A DNA stretch of 63,197 nucleotides, filler included, from Guillardia theta CCMP2712 (GCF_000315625.1; 4 parts of 4 records of this genome joined end to end with filler, not necessarily neighbours in it), one strand, 5' to 3'; counted from the whole stretch's first letter, positions 33,811 through 47,511 are shown. Numbers and translations: made by a program. The notes: generated by a model not told the origin, from the sequence alone.

Positions 33811-34989
33811 ATGTAACAAGTGCAGAACAGGCTTGACTAGAAGAAAATCAAAAAGATTGAGAAGAAGCTTCGTGAATCGCAAGTCGAGTTGTGGGCGCGA
33901 TAGAGGAGGCAGAGGTGGAGGGGGTTTTTAGGGAGCGAGGTGCGCTAAGAAGTCGAGGGGAGAGGAGGATAAAAGTGGGGGAGAAGCCTAGAACAGGGAT
34001 TCTCTAGTAAAGGGCTATTGAGACGGATGTCAGGGTGGGGTACTACGATAACCCCATTTATCCCTGCAAACTGGATCTATTAGGGGTGGGTAGTGATTCG
34101 ACTGTTTCAGAATTCTAGTGGTGGGTCAGTAGTGAGAGCCTTCTTGGAGTCGGAGTGAAAGTGTGGTAGTAAAAAATTGGGCTTGTTGGGGGGTACGCCT
34201 AAAGGGGCAAGAGGGGGGTAGTGAGAAAGGTCGGTGCAGGTTTCAAGTATCACGGACTCCACCCTGTCTCTCCAGTGACCTCATGTCCTCGTGACTCCTG
34301 TAAGGCCCCCACCAACCTCTTAACCCCTTCAGGATCAGCTAAAATTGAAGTTTTAAAGGACTGAACTATTCCCGTAAGGGTCGAAGGAGGTAGATACGTA
34401 CGTCCTCGTGATTTCAGTTATGATGCTCCTGAAAAAGAGCGATAATACATCGTTCCGGGTCTTGGGTAGCTCAAACGTTGAGATCTAAGAAGCCAGAACG
34501 ACCCTATAAAATTCGACGCGTAACTGCGCCCATGTGACCGACGGGCATCGCAAGTTTGACGAGTTGCGGTACTGTTCCTTGACGGTTTCATAACCGTTAT
34601 CATTCGATAAAATCAATTGCCCTTGCGGAGGTCAACTCGTGACAGCTCCAACGTGGGGAGGATATCAACCGTGACCATTCCCCCACTGCCCTGTCCTTAC
34701 AGCCTCCACGCGGCGTACCGTGCCGTGACGACGGTGCCCGGCCATGACATCGGACGCGGCCGCTCTCCGGAAACTCGGGAATTGAAAGAGTCGCAACCGT
34801 CGAGCCCGGCGGCCTCGGAGGCTCATCAGGCCCTGAACCCTGAGGCCGAGTCCGGGGCGGCCGGACCCGGACTGACACGGTCCCGGAGCCTGAGTCCGGG
34901 CCGCCGGGCCGCCGGGCCGGGCAGCGGCGCTGCACGGTGCCAGGAACTCCGAGTCCGACGGTCTGATCGGACCGTTTCAGCCCTCAGGC

Positions 34990-35254
34990 CCTAGCCGACG
35001 GTCCGGCTTGCTAAGGTCCCCAGGCTCATGTCTGGACTCCGGGAGGCTTGGGTTTCACATCCTGAGCGTACAGTCTATTTCTCATGTGCTCCTCAATTCT
35101 GGTTTTGTGCGTCCGATCTTGCCAACGGTTACCATGACGGACCGTCGGTGGCAACTAAGGTACGGTCGATGTGATATCTCCGACGGTAGTGCGTGAGTAC
35201 AAGCCTGAGTCTAACAAAGTACAAGTCAAAGCCAAACTTCTCACGATTCCGTCA
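34990..35254 (+). mobile_element. Degenerate partial solo LTR of the 9575-11106 family, inside a CCGG-rich island (34700-35430)
   Basis: Blocks cttgctaaggtcc, gcttgggtttcacatcct, ctcatgtgctcctcaattctggttttgtg, cgatgtgatatct, tctaacaaa and attccgtca are colinear with the LTR. Confidence 0.9.
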
Positions 35255-36288
35255 GGCCCGGCGGGCCCGGGCGGTGTGAACCGGAACGGCGTGCTGCCGG
35301 GCCCGGGACCGCCGGCACTGTCCGCCGCCCGGACTGTATCGGACGGTCCGATCCGACGCCGGTCAGCGGCACTCGGAAGGCCCCGGCACGTCGGGCCAGC
35401 CACTCCGATTCAGTGACCCCGGCGGCAATTGACAGACGGCAATGATAGTTGGTTTTTTTATTCGAGAAGCACGAGAGGGAGAGGTGCAAACTGAAGGGGT
35501 GGGGGTCCTCAAGAATATGTTTTGTACCCCATTCAATCAACTTATAATAACCCCTCCATTATCGATTTATTTGTCTAGGGGTGGTGAACCCCGACCACCC
35601 CTACCATATCACGTGCTCATATTCCACCATGCTCATATTCCACCCACCATGGTCGTGGTGCAAGATTTTGTGGGAAAAGAGCGGTAGGGGTCATGACCCA
35701 CTTCCAGTTCACCCTGTCTGCCCTTCGCGAAGAATTCAGCAATAGCTCCAGACTACCCCCTTGTTTCATCCACCCACCCCTACATCTTTCTAGTTTTGAG
35801 ATCCTTATTGATTATCTATTTGGCTGAATTAGGAAATCTCACCTATATACCCCCAAAGTGTCCTCTACACCCCTCTTCGAGTACCCACCCACCAAATTGA
35901 CAAACCCACCCCTCCTATTTCAATTCATTTTCAAAGTTCCATTTCCCGCCCTCGAGTACCCCCACCCCACCGTCTCACCACCCCAGGTTTTCTCTGCCTG
36001 CTCAACTGAAGAACACACGACCCCATCCTACCTCTCTGAATCTTTTTCTACCCCTACTGTTCTCTCCAGGACCCGTACATCCAATAATTTCACCCCTTAT
36101 TATAGGTAAACTTTATGTTTAAAAAGGGGTGGGTACTGGAACATATATTTCAGTGGACCAACATCACACCCCCGTGACCAAGGAGTACCCCACCACCACA
36201 ACTACTACCCGTACTTCGAAGACTCAGCAACGACCCCCACCCACCCCTCACAGCACGCTGCGCCGCGATAGTCAGAAGAGCGGCTGCG

Positions 36289-37864
36289 ATGGCGGACGGG
36301 GAAAGGGAGGAGGAGCATGATGGGCCTGAGGAAGACGTCGAGGCAGAGGCACAAGTAGACTTCAAGCCTCTCATCGAGGTAAGAGCTCTGACCTGCTGGT
36401 TGACGGGCGGGAGGGCGGGAGGGCTGGAAGGAGAAGGTTGTGAAGGAAGCGGTAGAAAGAGGGTTCTTGTGTAGGATCCCGTTCGTAGAGGGTTCACAAT
36501 GCAGAGAGGGTGTTGGAATGCGTGTTTGGTAAAGGTTCGGATGACTAGTACGAGGTGAGAGGACTTGAAATGTTTGTTAGCGCACGAGAGGAGCAGAGAA
36601 AACGTGGAAAGAGACAGGTGTCAGTTCGAGTTGCAGCCAAGAGGATCACGAGAAGCGATCGAGTGAATGTGTTTCGATGGGAGTGTTGGTGCGAAGAGAC
36701 ATGCAATGTCTTCAGGACTTTCTGTATAGCGATCCACACAATGGTGTGCGAAGGGAGCATGGCTTGTGCCTTGAGTTGTTCGGTTGGTACAAAAGTTCAT
36801 GCTTGGGTTCGAATCGCTGAGGGCTTGCGTGTTCAAGAGCGATACGCTCAACTATTTAATTGTTGTCTTCTGGGACTCTCAGTGTTCCTTCCATGTGCAG
36901 CAAGAACAAATGTAGACAGCTGAGGGATGTTTGGTGGGATCGAACTTGTTTGTATGTTATTTCTTCGAGGAGCTCTTGGTTAATCGATCGCTCCTTGTTT
37001 CTGTCCCATCACATGTTCGCTGCAACTGCTGAAATTCTCGATCTTGTCTGTTCAAACGTTGACTGTCCCTGATGTCCAGCTTCCCCCCGAAGTTCAGACC
37101 AAGACTGGAGAAGAAGAGGAAGATGTTATTTTCAAAATGTACACCCTCCTCTCATGGTAGATTTGCCGGGTTCCATTTCCTGATGCTCGTCTGCCAGGCG
37201 AACAAAGATGTTCCGCTTCAACGAACCAAGCAAGGAATGGAAGGAAAGGGGAACGGGCGATGTTCGCTTCTTGAAGCACAAGGAGAGTGGGAAGGTGAGG
37301 ATTGACGTCAAGGACGATGACTGGTTGACTGTAGCCTCAGATTCGTGTGCTCATGCGCGCTGAGAAGACTCTGCGAGTTAGGGCAAACCATCCCTGTGAG
37401 CCCTGAGACGTGAGTGGTGGAGAATTGACGAGCGTGCTCCCCAGTGTCCACCAACCTGGAGTTGAAACCTCATGCGGGAAGTGACAGGTGAGGTTCAGGA
37501 GGAGGAGGATGGAGGAGGAGGAGGAGGATGACGTGGCTTGTAGAGCCTTCACCTACTTCACCCCTGACTGGAGCGAAGACCCTGAGACCGGAGTTGTGGA
37601 GCAGAAGAACGAGTTGTTTGCCTTCCGCTTCGCCAACGCTGAGAGTGAGCCAAATGCCTCCTCATGGTGTAAGCTGACCAGCAGCGGCAGGTGCAAACAA
37701 GTTCAAGGAAGCGTTCGAGAAGTGCAAGAAGGGCGATACAGCTGACATGACCGTGATCAAGCAGGACGCAGAGGATGCTGAGAAGGTGAATGGTGAAAGG
37801 GTTTGACAGGCAGGTTGACTGTTGCTGACAGGCTGCTGAGAAGAAAGAAGACAAGAAGGAATGA
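36289..37864 (+). CDS. RANBP1: Ran-binding protein 1, multi-exon
   Basis: VDFKPLIE|LPPEVQTKTGEEEEDVIFKM..EWKERGTGDVRFLKHKESGK|IRVLMRAEKTLRVRANH..ELFAFRFANAE..NKFKEAFEKCK. Confidence 0.93.
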
Positions 37865-38036
37865 AAGATTGATAGTTGATGTGTTAACTTTGCTTTGCAT
37901 GAGGACATGGCTTGAATGCATTATTGATTTCCCATGTTCCCCACACAACAGTCCTCGCGATGATCGCGTCGCGCTTATCTTGGTTTCATCTGTCACCCTC
38001 GTTTGCCTTCTGGATCATCATGAGATTCGCGACCTG

Positions 38037-38672
38037 TCAGAGGGTCAGAGGAGGGACAGGAGGGAAATGTTGCGTCACAGGGGCGCGGACGATGCTCTTA
38101 GTGACCTGTGACCGTCAAGTTACACAAAACAGCGACCAACGGAGGGGGAAAGAATGAGAAGGATAGGAAGGAGCGATAGGAAGGGAAAGAGGAGGAGGAC
38201 ATACAAAGAGTTGCAAGGAGGGATGCAGGGCAACAGAGGAGGGACCTTCATGTCGTCTCGCAGGAAAGTCACATTCACGATCGTTTCTTCCTCGCCAAGG
38301 AGGCAGGAGGAGACATGGCTGAGAGGACAGCGATAGACGACTGTATTGTCGACCTGGTACAGAACGTCCCCTGCTTGTATGCCCCCAGTGACGGCCGCAG
38401 GACCTGTACAGACTTAGGCAAGGGAGGAAAGGGCAAAGGATGCGGGGGGCGCGAAGAGAGAGTGCGAGGGGAAAGGGGGAGAGGGAGGCTGAGAGGGGCA
38501 ACGAACCTCCTGGGATCAAGGAGCTGACGAGGAGTGCACCGGTGCTGTCTGCTCGGAAGTTGACGCCAATGCCGCAGAGGTTCTTCTTGGTGAAGGAGAG
38601 AGTGTTGGTTCCGAGCTGCTGCTGGCTTGCAGGCTCTCGGTCCTTGTCGCTCCTGCAGTCACAGCAGAACAT
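38037..38672 (-). CDS. Small PDZ-domain protein with N-terminal Cys cluster
   Basis: MFCCDC..LCGIGVNFRADSTGALLVSSLIPG|GPAAVTGGIQAGDVLYQVD..LLGEEETIVNVTF. Confidence 0.8.
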
Positions 38673-38924
38673 ATTTGAGGGGGGAGGGCCGAGAAAGTTT
38701 GAGGATTGTGCGGCCTACGATGAGGTTCTTCTTGCCTGAGAAGTGTATTAGAGGGAGGAGGAGGAGGAGGAGGAGGAGGAGGAGGAGGAGAAAACAAGGA
38801 AGAGTTGGGGCAGAGATAGGATCGTAAAGGAAAAAAGGGAGAAGAATGGGGAGAAGAGAATTTCGAGCTTTCAGGGTGAAATGAAAGGAAGGAGCGAATA
38901 CTTCATTTTACCTTCTCTGCAACT

Positions 38925-40525
38925 TTAGTTGACTTGTCCCTCTACTGCAAACTCATCCTGCTGTCCAAACATTCTCGTCAGAGCCACATCGATGTCCAGC
39001 TACATATCACGCGATCTGCTTCCCTACCCTTGTCCTCTACCCCCTCTTCAACACCCTCTTACATAATATCTCATGATGCAGACTGGCGTGTAGCAGGCAG
39101 GAACAAGAGTGAAGATCTCAAGGGGGTACGCTAGAATGTGCATGCGAATCATGAAGAGCAGAAAGGGCGGGAGGGGGATGAGAGGACAAGGAGGATGGAG
39201 GAGGGGAGGAGGAGGAGGATATGAATGCTCTGAATGGTTCTCGTGGGGAGCAGGGAGGACAGGGAGAATGATATCGAAGGAAAGGGAGGATGATATCGAA
39301 GGGGCAGGAAGGGTGGAGGAGGAGGCAAAGAAAGAGAAAGACGCTTACGAGGGGGGGGGGGGGTGGGGGGGGGGCGAGTAGTTNNNNNNNNNNNNNNNNN
39401 NNNNNNNNNNNNNNNNNNNNNNNNNNNTTAATTAATTAANNNNNNNNNNNNNNNNNNNNNNNNNNNNNNNNNNNNNNNNNNNNCTACCTCCGTCACGCCT
39501 CTCTCGCTCACTGCCTCTCTCCCTCCCTCCCTCCCTCCGTCCCTCCCACCCTCCCTCCCTCCCTCCCTCCCTCCCTCCCTCCCTCCCTCCCTCCCTCCCC
39601 CCTCTCTCCATCGCAAAGTCAAACTGGTCAGATGGCTGATCGTACGCGTGGATCCGCTCAAGGCATTTTCTTGAGCACTTACAAAAACATGGCATACACA
39701 GCAAGGGTCCAACGAGCTGACCTTTGACGTGGTCTTTTTGATTGTTGAAAGCATTTTTGGCATCCCCACAGGATCATTGTTACTCCGCGAATAGAAGGGG
39801 CCCCAGTATGGAGGCATAGGCTCAAAGGAATTGACGGCAAGAGGGAGGGAGGGAGGGAGGGAGGGAGGGAGGGAGGGAGGGACGGAGGGAGGGACGGAGG
39901 GAGGGAGTGAGGGACGGAGGGACGGAGGGAGGGATGGAGGGAGGGACGGAGGGAGGCAGTGAGGGAGTGATCAGTGAGGGAGGGAGGGAGGGAAAGGAGA
40001 TACTTTGAGCGTCGGGTCTCTGGGAGGGAGATAGATTGGCTTTTCGGTTGAGATCTGCAAGATTGGTCAGGATTCCTAGGGATCAGAGTGGAGTGAAGAG
40101 GTAAGGGAAGAGTCAAAGTAAAAGCAGTGTTGGTGATGCAGAAGTGAAGGGGAAGGAGGGATCCTGCTGGGATGGAGGTGGAGGGAAGACAAAAACGATA
40201 GGAAGCAAGATGATCACGTTCTTCATCCTCTCATCGAAGTACTTGAGAAATTCTCTGTAAGAAAGCGATCAGATTGTGACTTCACAAAGAAACCTCACTG
40301 ATTCTCAGGTAGATCGAGCTCCGGCACCTTGCAGGCATCATTGCTTCAGTTGTGAAGGCAGCTGGAAAGTCACTCACTTCTTTGCCTTCCAGGCGTTCCA
40401 TTTCCAGATCCATGAGGTGAGAATATCTCAGCTGCAACAGGCGTATGAGAATGGAAATTCGTCCATTTAATTTCATCATCACCATCATCATCATCATCAT
40501 CATCATCATCATAACCACCACCACC

Positions 40526-40578
<53 letters not shown>

Positions 40579-41484
40579 CGTCGTCGTCGTAATCATCATC
40601 ATCATCATCACCATCACCATCACCACCACCAACAACAACAACAACATCGTCGTCGTCGTCGTCGTCGTCGTCATCATCATCATCATCATCACCACCACCA
40701 CCAACAACAACAACGTCGTCGTCGTCATCATCATCATCTCCGTCGTCGTAATTATCAACCTTCCACCCCAACAATCACCACTTTCCTCTACATCTCCACC
40801 TGCAGCTTATGCTCCTCCCGGACCGTTCGGAGCCCCCTACCACACAGTCATCGCCAGCTACACCAGCACGAGTCGCCACATAGAGGAGAAGTTGAATCTT
40901 GCACGTTGCTCGCCCTCCTGCTCGTCCGATATCCACTCCTCCTCGCTCTCCGTCGTCTCGTCAGTCGAGGACGACATGTGGTCTGCCGTCATCAACTTCT
41001 CCACCTGCGGGACCGGCTGGCTCGACGCAAGCTCTCTCCACTTGGGTTCAATTCCATCCATCGCCTTGAGGTACTCCTTCATCGCATCCGTCGACGTCAG
41101 GTTCCCCAGTGCTGCCCAATGCTGCCATTTTGCCCTTTCCGCCCAGGCAAAGATCGAGGGTTCGGGTCCTGTGCAGGGCCCGACGGTGGCCTGCTTGTAG
41201 AACCCGTAGAGGAGGAGCCTCGTCTCCACAGAGACGCCGTTGAGCGTCCTCGCGTACTCGCACGCAATCTGAAAATCTTTCTGAAGATTATTCACAGGCA
41301 TGAATCCGCTTCCTCCCCGAAGGGAAAGCATGTGAGGAACAGGGGAGGAGGGAGGGAGAGTACAGTGAGGGGAAGAGGACGAGACGACGAAGCTGCTGGT
41401 CTCGGATGCCTCAACGCGAAGGAGGGGGGAGAGGAGGAGGAGGAGGGAGGGGGGAAGGGGCAGCAGGGGCACCATCGGTCGCAT
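38925..41484 (-). CDS. Signal-peptide acyl-CoA-binding (ACBP) domain protein, multi-exon; 3' exons uncertain
   Basis: Leu-rich N-terminus; LQKDFQIACEY..LLLYGFYKQATVGPC..PSIF..RAKWQHWAALGNLTSTDAMKEYL. Confidence 0.85.
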
Positions 41485-41640
41485 TACTGGATGAGACTCT
41501 TCGAGGATGAAACACCCGGGTGGGTGCAGTACCGGTCTTTTTATATAATTTTATCTGTCTCATATTGGGGTGGGGTAAATCACTTTGTCTTTCGGGGGGT
41601 GGGTGGGTCTTGCAAACGCATACCATGGAGTGAGAGGAGA

Positions 41641-43442
41641 ATGAAGGAAGAGATGTTTGTCAGAGGCGTGTGCCTGCTACACCTGCTTTCCTCTGCCACA
41701 TGCCTGCAAGACTTTCCTGGTGAGCTGGCTCCTTTCTCCTCGTCCTCTCGTCCTCCTCGTTCTCGTCCTCGTCCTCATCGTCCTCATCGTCCTCATCGTC
41801 CTCATCGTCCTCGATCTCCTCGACCTCTTCCTCCTCTTCCTCCTCTTCCTGCTTGTCCCTCTCCTCTTCCTCCTCCTCTTCCTCTTCTTCTTCCTCGTCG
41901 TCGTCCTCCTCCGTCCTCCTCCTCCTCCGTCCCCCCCCGCTTTCCTTCTCCTCTCGTCCCAATCTCTCCAGCACTCTCTTATGCGCACAGCAGGACTTCG
42001 GCCCACCCTCAGGGTCCGAGGAGGGAGCACGACACCGTACACAACCGAGTCTATCAAACTTGAATCCCCTAGCAGCTTTCACTTCATACAGCCGAAGGAT
42101 GTTCCCAAGGTCGCGACGCTCCCGCCGTTCCCCTTAGAGGAAGGATCCGAGGCCTTCAACAGGTCTCTCAGCCAGCCCGACTCGTCCTGCTCCTTCAACT
42201 TCATGAGCCACCCGTCCTACCAGTCCAGCAAAGGGCATGTCTCGATTGCTCCGACCTCCTGGTCCTCTGCCTCTGAAGCCACTCGGAAGCGCCGAAGTAC
42301 GTTCCCATCCCTCCTCTCCTCCCTCCCTCCTCCCTCCCTCCTCCCTCCCTCCCACCATCCCATCCCATCCCATCCCATCCCATCCATCCATCCATCCATC
42401 CATTCTCCTCCTCCTCCTCCTCCTCGTCCTCCTCCATCCCCATCTTCCTGCTACCCTCTGTGTTCGGCGACTGACCCTATCCCAGTCATGACGATGAAGT
42501 TCTTCGTCGCTGCGCTGAAGGGCGACACGGCGACGCTGCGGTCGTACATCTTGGAGCATGGGATGGACGTGAACATGCGGGCGAGGGAGCTGGTGGAGTA
42601 CGACACAGTCATGTGGGAAGGGATCAACAGAACGGCTCTGCACTTCGCCTGCCTGGCAGAGGACGACGAGGATAACTTGGAGACGGTGGGAGTAGAGCAG
42701 GAGGAGGGAGGGGATGAAGAGGAGAACGGAGGAGGAGGGAGCGGGGCGGGGCGGGGGGGAACTGGAGGAGGTGGGGGAGGAGGAGGGAGAAGAGGAGGTG
42801 AACCTGCCGGCAGGTCATGATGTTGCTGGAGCTCGGGGCGGACCTCAATGCGCAGACAGACAACGGAGACACTCCGTTGCACTATGCTGGGGTGCGAGGT
42901 CTGGATCAGATCGCGACAAAGCTGATCTTGGCCGGAGCGAACCCTTGCGTGAAGAACTACGAGGGACCCATCAGGTCTGTGCAGAGCCAGTTCGCTGAGT
43001 GCAGCAGGTGACTTCGTGCTCACAGTGACAGCCCGGACAACGTTGTTAGGGCCTACGAAGAGACGAGGTTTGACTTTGTGAGGGCACCCCAGCTGGACTT
43101 GCTGCTGGTGGCTGACTGTAGCCCAGTATTACGCCAAGTACAAGAGCGAGGAGGAGGAGAAGTGGTCCCCAGCCAAGACTCCCTACGAGTTTGCGCTCTG
43201 CTTCCATGAGTTCTCGACCACCGAGACCCTGCTGGTGCTGGGGTACTGCTCAAGTGCTGAGTGTGCAGGGTGCGGAGCTGAGAATTTTGTTGTTGAGGGT
43301 TGCGGAGGAGATCTACAAAGAACATGGAAAAGTGACCCGGGAGATGTTCTTCGAGAAGCTGAAGAAAGCGGAGGTGAGGAGAGGAAAACGAGCAGGAGCA
43401 GGAGCAGCAGGAGGTCGTCAAAGCCGAGGACTAGGATAGGAG

Positions 43443-43477
<35 letters not shown>

Positions 43478-44500
43478 AATGACGAGGAGGAGGAGGACGA
43501 GGAGGACGAGGAGGAGGACGAGGACGAGAACGAAAACGAATGATGATGATCTTTTGGCAGGAAGAGTGCGAGGAAGAGCAGGTTCAATTCGACGCACGGC
43601 ATGGATTCAATGAGAGCACATCGTTTGTAATGTAAGGGAGGAGGAGGAGGAGGAGGGGAAGGGAGGTAGCTGGGGAGTTTGGGGCAAGCGGGATGTCAGG
43701 AAGTTCGAAAGAGGTTAGAACGAAGGAGGGAGGTTGGAAAGAGGTGGAAATCAAGGAGGAAGGAGGGTTGGAGAAAGGTTGGAAAAAGGAGGCAGAAGGG
43801 ATGTGGGAAAGGAGGTAGAAGTGTGTGGGAAAGGAGGTAGGAGGTAGGTACCAAGAGAAGGGGCTGAAGATGCAATGCTGTTGATCTGGACTATCGCGGC
43901 AGGCCGGAACATTCAGGGTACCGAGTGATGGAGGACTTCGACCAGGATGTAAGTCCGATGGTGCTGGGGAAGGATTTCAGCGTGAAAGAGCTCTTGACAG
44001 GTCTGGAAGAAGATGTGCAAAGACGTCAACTTCGACGAGCAAGCTTTCTTGCAGCAGGAGCTGAAACACATGAGATTCTGGGAGAAGATGAAAGAGGTGC
44101 TGGGATGACCCTCCCCTCTCCACTACTCTCCACTACTCTCCTCTCCTCTCCTCTCCTCTCCTCTCCTCTCCTCTCCTCTCCTCTCCTCTCCTCTCCTCTC
44201 CTCTCCTCTCCTCTCCTCTCCTCTCCTCTCCGCTCCTCTCCGCTCCGCTCCTCTCTTATATGCTCCCCTTTCCTCTCCCCTTCTTTCTCCTGATCTCTTG
44301 GAACTCCCTTCCCTGTCCCCTCCTCTAACTTTTATCTCTCTCCCTCCTCCTCTGACCTCTCACGTTCTACGTGAAGGTGAACTTGACGTTCAACTTCACC
44401 GCATACCAAACGCCTCCGAATGTGAACGCGCTGCAAGACGACTATGGCGACGACATCCCGATAGCGGCAAGAACGTGGGCCAAGTACAGCAGGTAAGGAG
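41641..44500 (+). CDS. Signal-peptide ankyrin-repeat protein, multi-exon, running toward the gap
   Basis: AALKGDTATLRSYILEHGMDVN; NRTALHFAC; LLELGADLNAQTDNGDTPLHYAG..LILAGANP. Confidence 0.82.
44138..44255. repeat. (CTCCT)n intronic microsatellite
   Basis: Directly visible. Confidence 0.9.
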
Positions 44501-45479
44501 GGAGGGACAAGTTAGAACATGATGAGCACATCATCATCGTCGTCATCATCACCGTCGTCATCGTCATCATCATCAGCATCACCACCACCATCATCATCAC
44601 CACCACCACCACCATCATCACCATCACCATCATCATCATCATCATCATCATCATCGTCATCATCATCATCATCATCACCACACACACCACGTCCATCCAC
44701 CACANNNNNNNNNNNNNNNNNNNNNNNNNNNNNNNNNNNNNNNNNNNNNNNNNNNNNNNNNNNNNNNNNNNNNNNNNNNNNNNNNNNNNNNNNNNNNNNN
44801 NNNNNNNNNNNNNNNNNNNNNNNNNNNNNNNNNNNNNNNNNNNNNNNNNNNNNNNNNNNNNNNNNNNNNNNNNNNNNNNNNNNNNNNNNNNNNNNNNNNN
44901 NNNNNNNNNNNNNNNNNNNNNNNNNNNNNNNNNNNNNNNNNNNNNNNNNNNNNNNNNNNNNNNNNNNNNNNNNNNNNNNNNNNNNNNNNNNNNNNNNNNN
45001 NNNNNNNNNNNNNNNNNNNNNNNNNNNNNNNNNNNNNNNNNNNNNNNNNNNNNNNNNNNNNNNNNNNNNNNNNNNNNNNNNNNNNNNNNNNNNNNNNNNN
45101 NNNNNNNNNNNNNNNNNNNNNNNNNNNNNNNNNNNNNNNNNNNNNNNNNNNNNNNNNNNNNNNNNNNNNNNNNNNNNNNNNNNNNNNNNNNNNNNNNNNN
45201 NNNNNNNNNNNNNNNNNNNNNNNNNNNNNNNNNNNNNNNNNNNNNNNNNNNNNNNNNNNNNNNNNNNNNNNNNNNNNNNNNNNNNNNNNNNNNNNNNNNN
45301 NNNNNNNNNNNNNNNNNNNNNNNNNNNNNNNNNNNNNNNNNNNNNNNNNNNNNNNNNNNNNNNNNNNNNNNNNNNNNNNNNNNNNNNNNNNNNNNNNNNN
45401 NNNNNNNNNNNNNNNNNNNNNNNNNNNNNNNNNNNNNNNNNNNNNNNNNNNNNNNNNNNNNNNNNNNNNNNAGGAGCGT

Positions 45480-47336
45480 GAGACTTGCCTGCTCAGCCCA
45501 AGGTCCGCGTCCCTGATTGCTCTGACGGGAGGGAACAAATCAGGGACGGGAGGGAAAGAGATGGAGGAGGAGCACTTGGCGATCTTCTTGGGATGCAGCA
45601 GACCGCTCCCCTCCGGGTCGTAGTAGGTGCAGGAGGCGATGAGAATCTGTGGCTAGGTGAGAACGAGGATGAGGTGAGGGGGCAGGAGGGAGGGGGAGAG
45701 AGACTAGGAAGGGGAAAGGGGGCTAGACGACGAGAAGGGCGGAACCGAGGAGGAGGCCGGGGACAAGAGGAGGACGAGGAGCAGGACAAGGGACATGATG
45801 AGGAGAAAGAGGATGAGGATGAAGAGAAAGAGGAAGAGGAAGAGGAGGAGAAGGAGAACGAAGAAGACCTGGGGCAGCTCTTGCAGGTCCTGCTGCCTGA
45901 TGAGCTTGAGGGCCTCGCTGGTCGTGAGCTGGAACATGAGGGAATGGAAGACGGGGATGAATTCTTCAAGAGAGATCAGCCCGTTCTGATCCGAATCGAC
46001 CTCCATGTAGATCGCGTTGATCTCCTGCTCAGCAGTTCACTCAGCGCCCCCGGGCTCCCGCCTTCCTCCTCCTGCCCTCTCCCCTATCCTCTCTTCTCTT
46101 TGCTCCCACCCTCTCACCTTTTTCGTCAGGTTGATGGGACAATTCATCAGGAACGTTTTGAATTCCTTGTCCTCAGTCAACCTCCTTCCTCCTCAAACCT
46201 CAGCCCGCCCTCACCTTCGCATCAAGCTGCCCCGACCCGTCCTTGTCCGCCTTCCAGCACGAGGTCAGCTCGCATACCAATGTCCCAACTTCTCTCCCCC
46301 TTACCTCCATGAAAGAGGCTCTCAGATACTTTTCAAGCTCCTTCGAGGTTATTCCGCGCAACATGTACTACAAGCACAAGCTCCTTCACTTCTGCTCCTC
46401 CTCCCCACCACCATCTCCTTCTCTCCTTCCCACCTCTCCCTCTCTCCCTCTCTCTCCCCCTCCCATTCATCCCTCCCTTGCCACCTTCGCTCTTGACTCC
46501 CCTTCCCCTCCTCCACCTTCCCCCCTCCCCCCTCTCACCTCTTCAGCGATTTGCTCGGCATGCTCCCGCACTATTTCCTCTTCCTCCCTGGCGTGCTCGA
46601 CCTCCTTGATGGAGTCGATGACGTGCATCATGAGGGGGATGAATTCCTCGTACTCCAGGCTCCCGCTGTCGTCAACGTCCGCCTCCATGAAGATCAGTTT
46701 GATGTCCTCCTTGCTGTCAAGCACCGGCGACGTCAGGGGCAGCAGTACATTCAAAGATCACCTCAGGCCCAGATCCGCCCGCAACATCAGCTCCTTGAAC
46801 TCCTTCTTGTCCTGTGACTCCCATCAGCATGACAGCACCTCTCCTCTACCCATCCCACCAATCTTCCGTTCTGATTGGTGTCCGCTTGGATGAACAGATC
46901 AGTGAGGTACTGAACCTGAAGAACTCCCTGCGTCACTGGAGCAGGTTGAGAGGAGCGGAGCAGACTACCAGGTACTCGTTGTTTATGCTCTCGATCGGAC
47001 TGGACCAGATCAAACGTCAAGCTGGCTTTATGCCTTCATTATGGACGTACCTCTCCTCCCTGAGCCGCGCTGCGAAATACTCCTTCCCGAATTGATAAAT
47101 GTTTCCAGGCTGGTTCCGCAGAATTTCACGAGTGAAGTCCTGCATTAATAAGGTAACCCCTTCTGAATTGAACATCCTCCCTCTCCCCTCACTCACACCG
47201 AACCCACTCCTCCAGTCTTCTCGTCACACTCTCACCACCTCTTCCTCCACATGGGTTTCTCTTCTACACAATTTCTCGGCTGTCTCCGCGTTATAGTCTC
47301 CTGCATCTCCTTCATTCATTTCGAGGCTGCCTCTTC

Positions 47337-47383
<47 letters not shown>

Positions 47384-47511
47384 CTCGTCTCTCTCCTCTC
47401 CTTCATCTTCCTCCACTCTCCTCTTCCTCTGTCTCTATCCACCAGTCTTACCTTCAGGATCTGCGGGAAGTCTGCAGGGATCGTGTGCATTGTGCGCATT
47501 TTTGACGCCAT
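45480..47511 (-). CDS. RIIa dimerization/docking domain plus multiple EF-hands (radial spoke protein 7-like); 3' end in gap
   Basis: IPADFPQILK|DFTREILRNQPGNIYQFGKEYF; LFIQADTNQNGRL|DKKEF; FMEADVDDSGSLEYEEF; EVDSDQNGLISLEEF. Confidence 0.82.

Noticed and set aside
34400-34700. Possible retroelement 3' end (ggggagga PPT-like) or RNA gene
   Set aside because: No matching LTR, pol motif or RNA fold could be supported.
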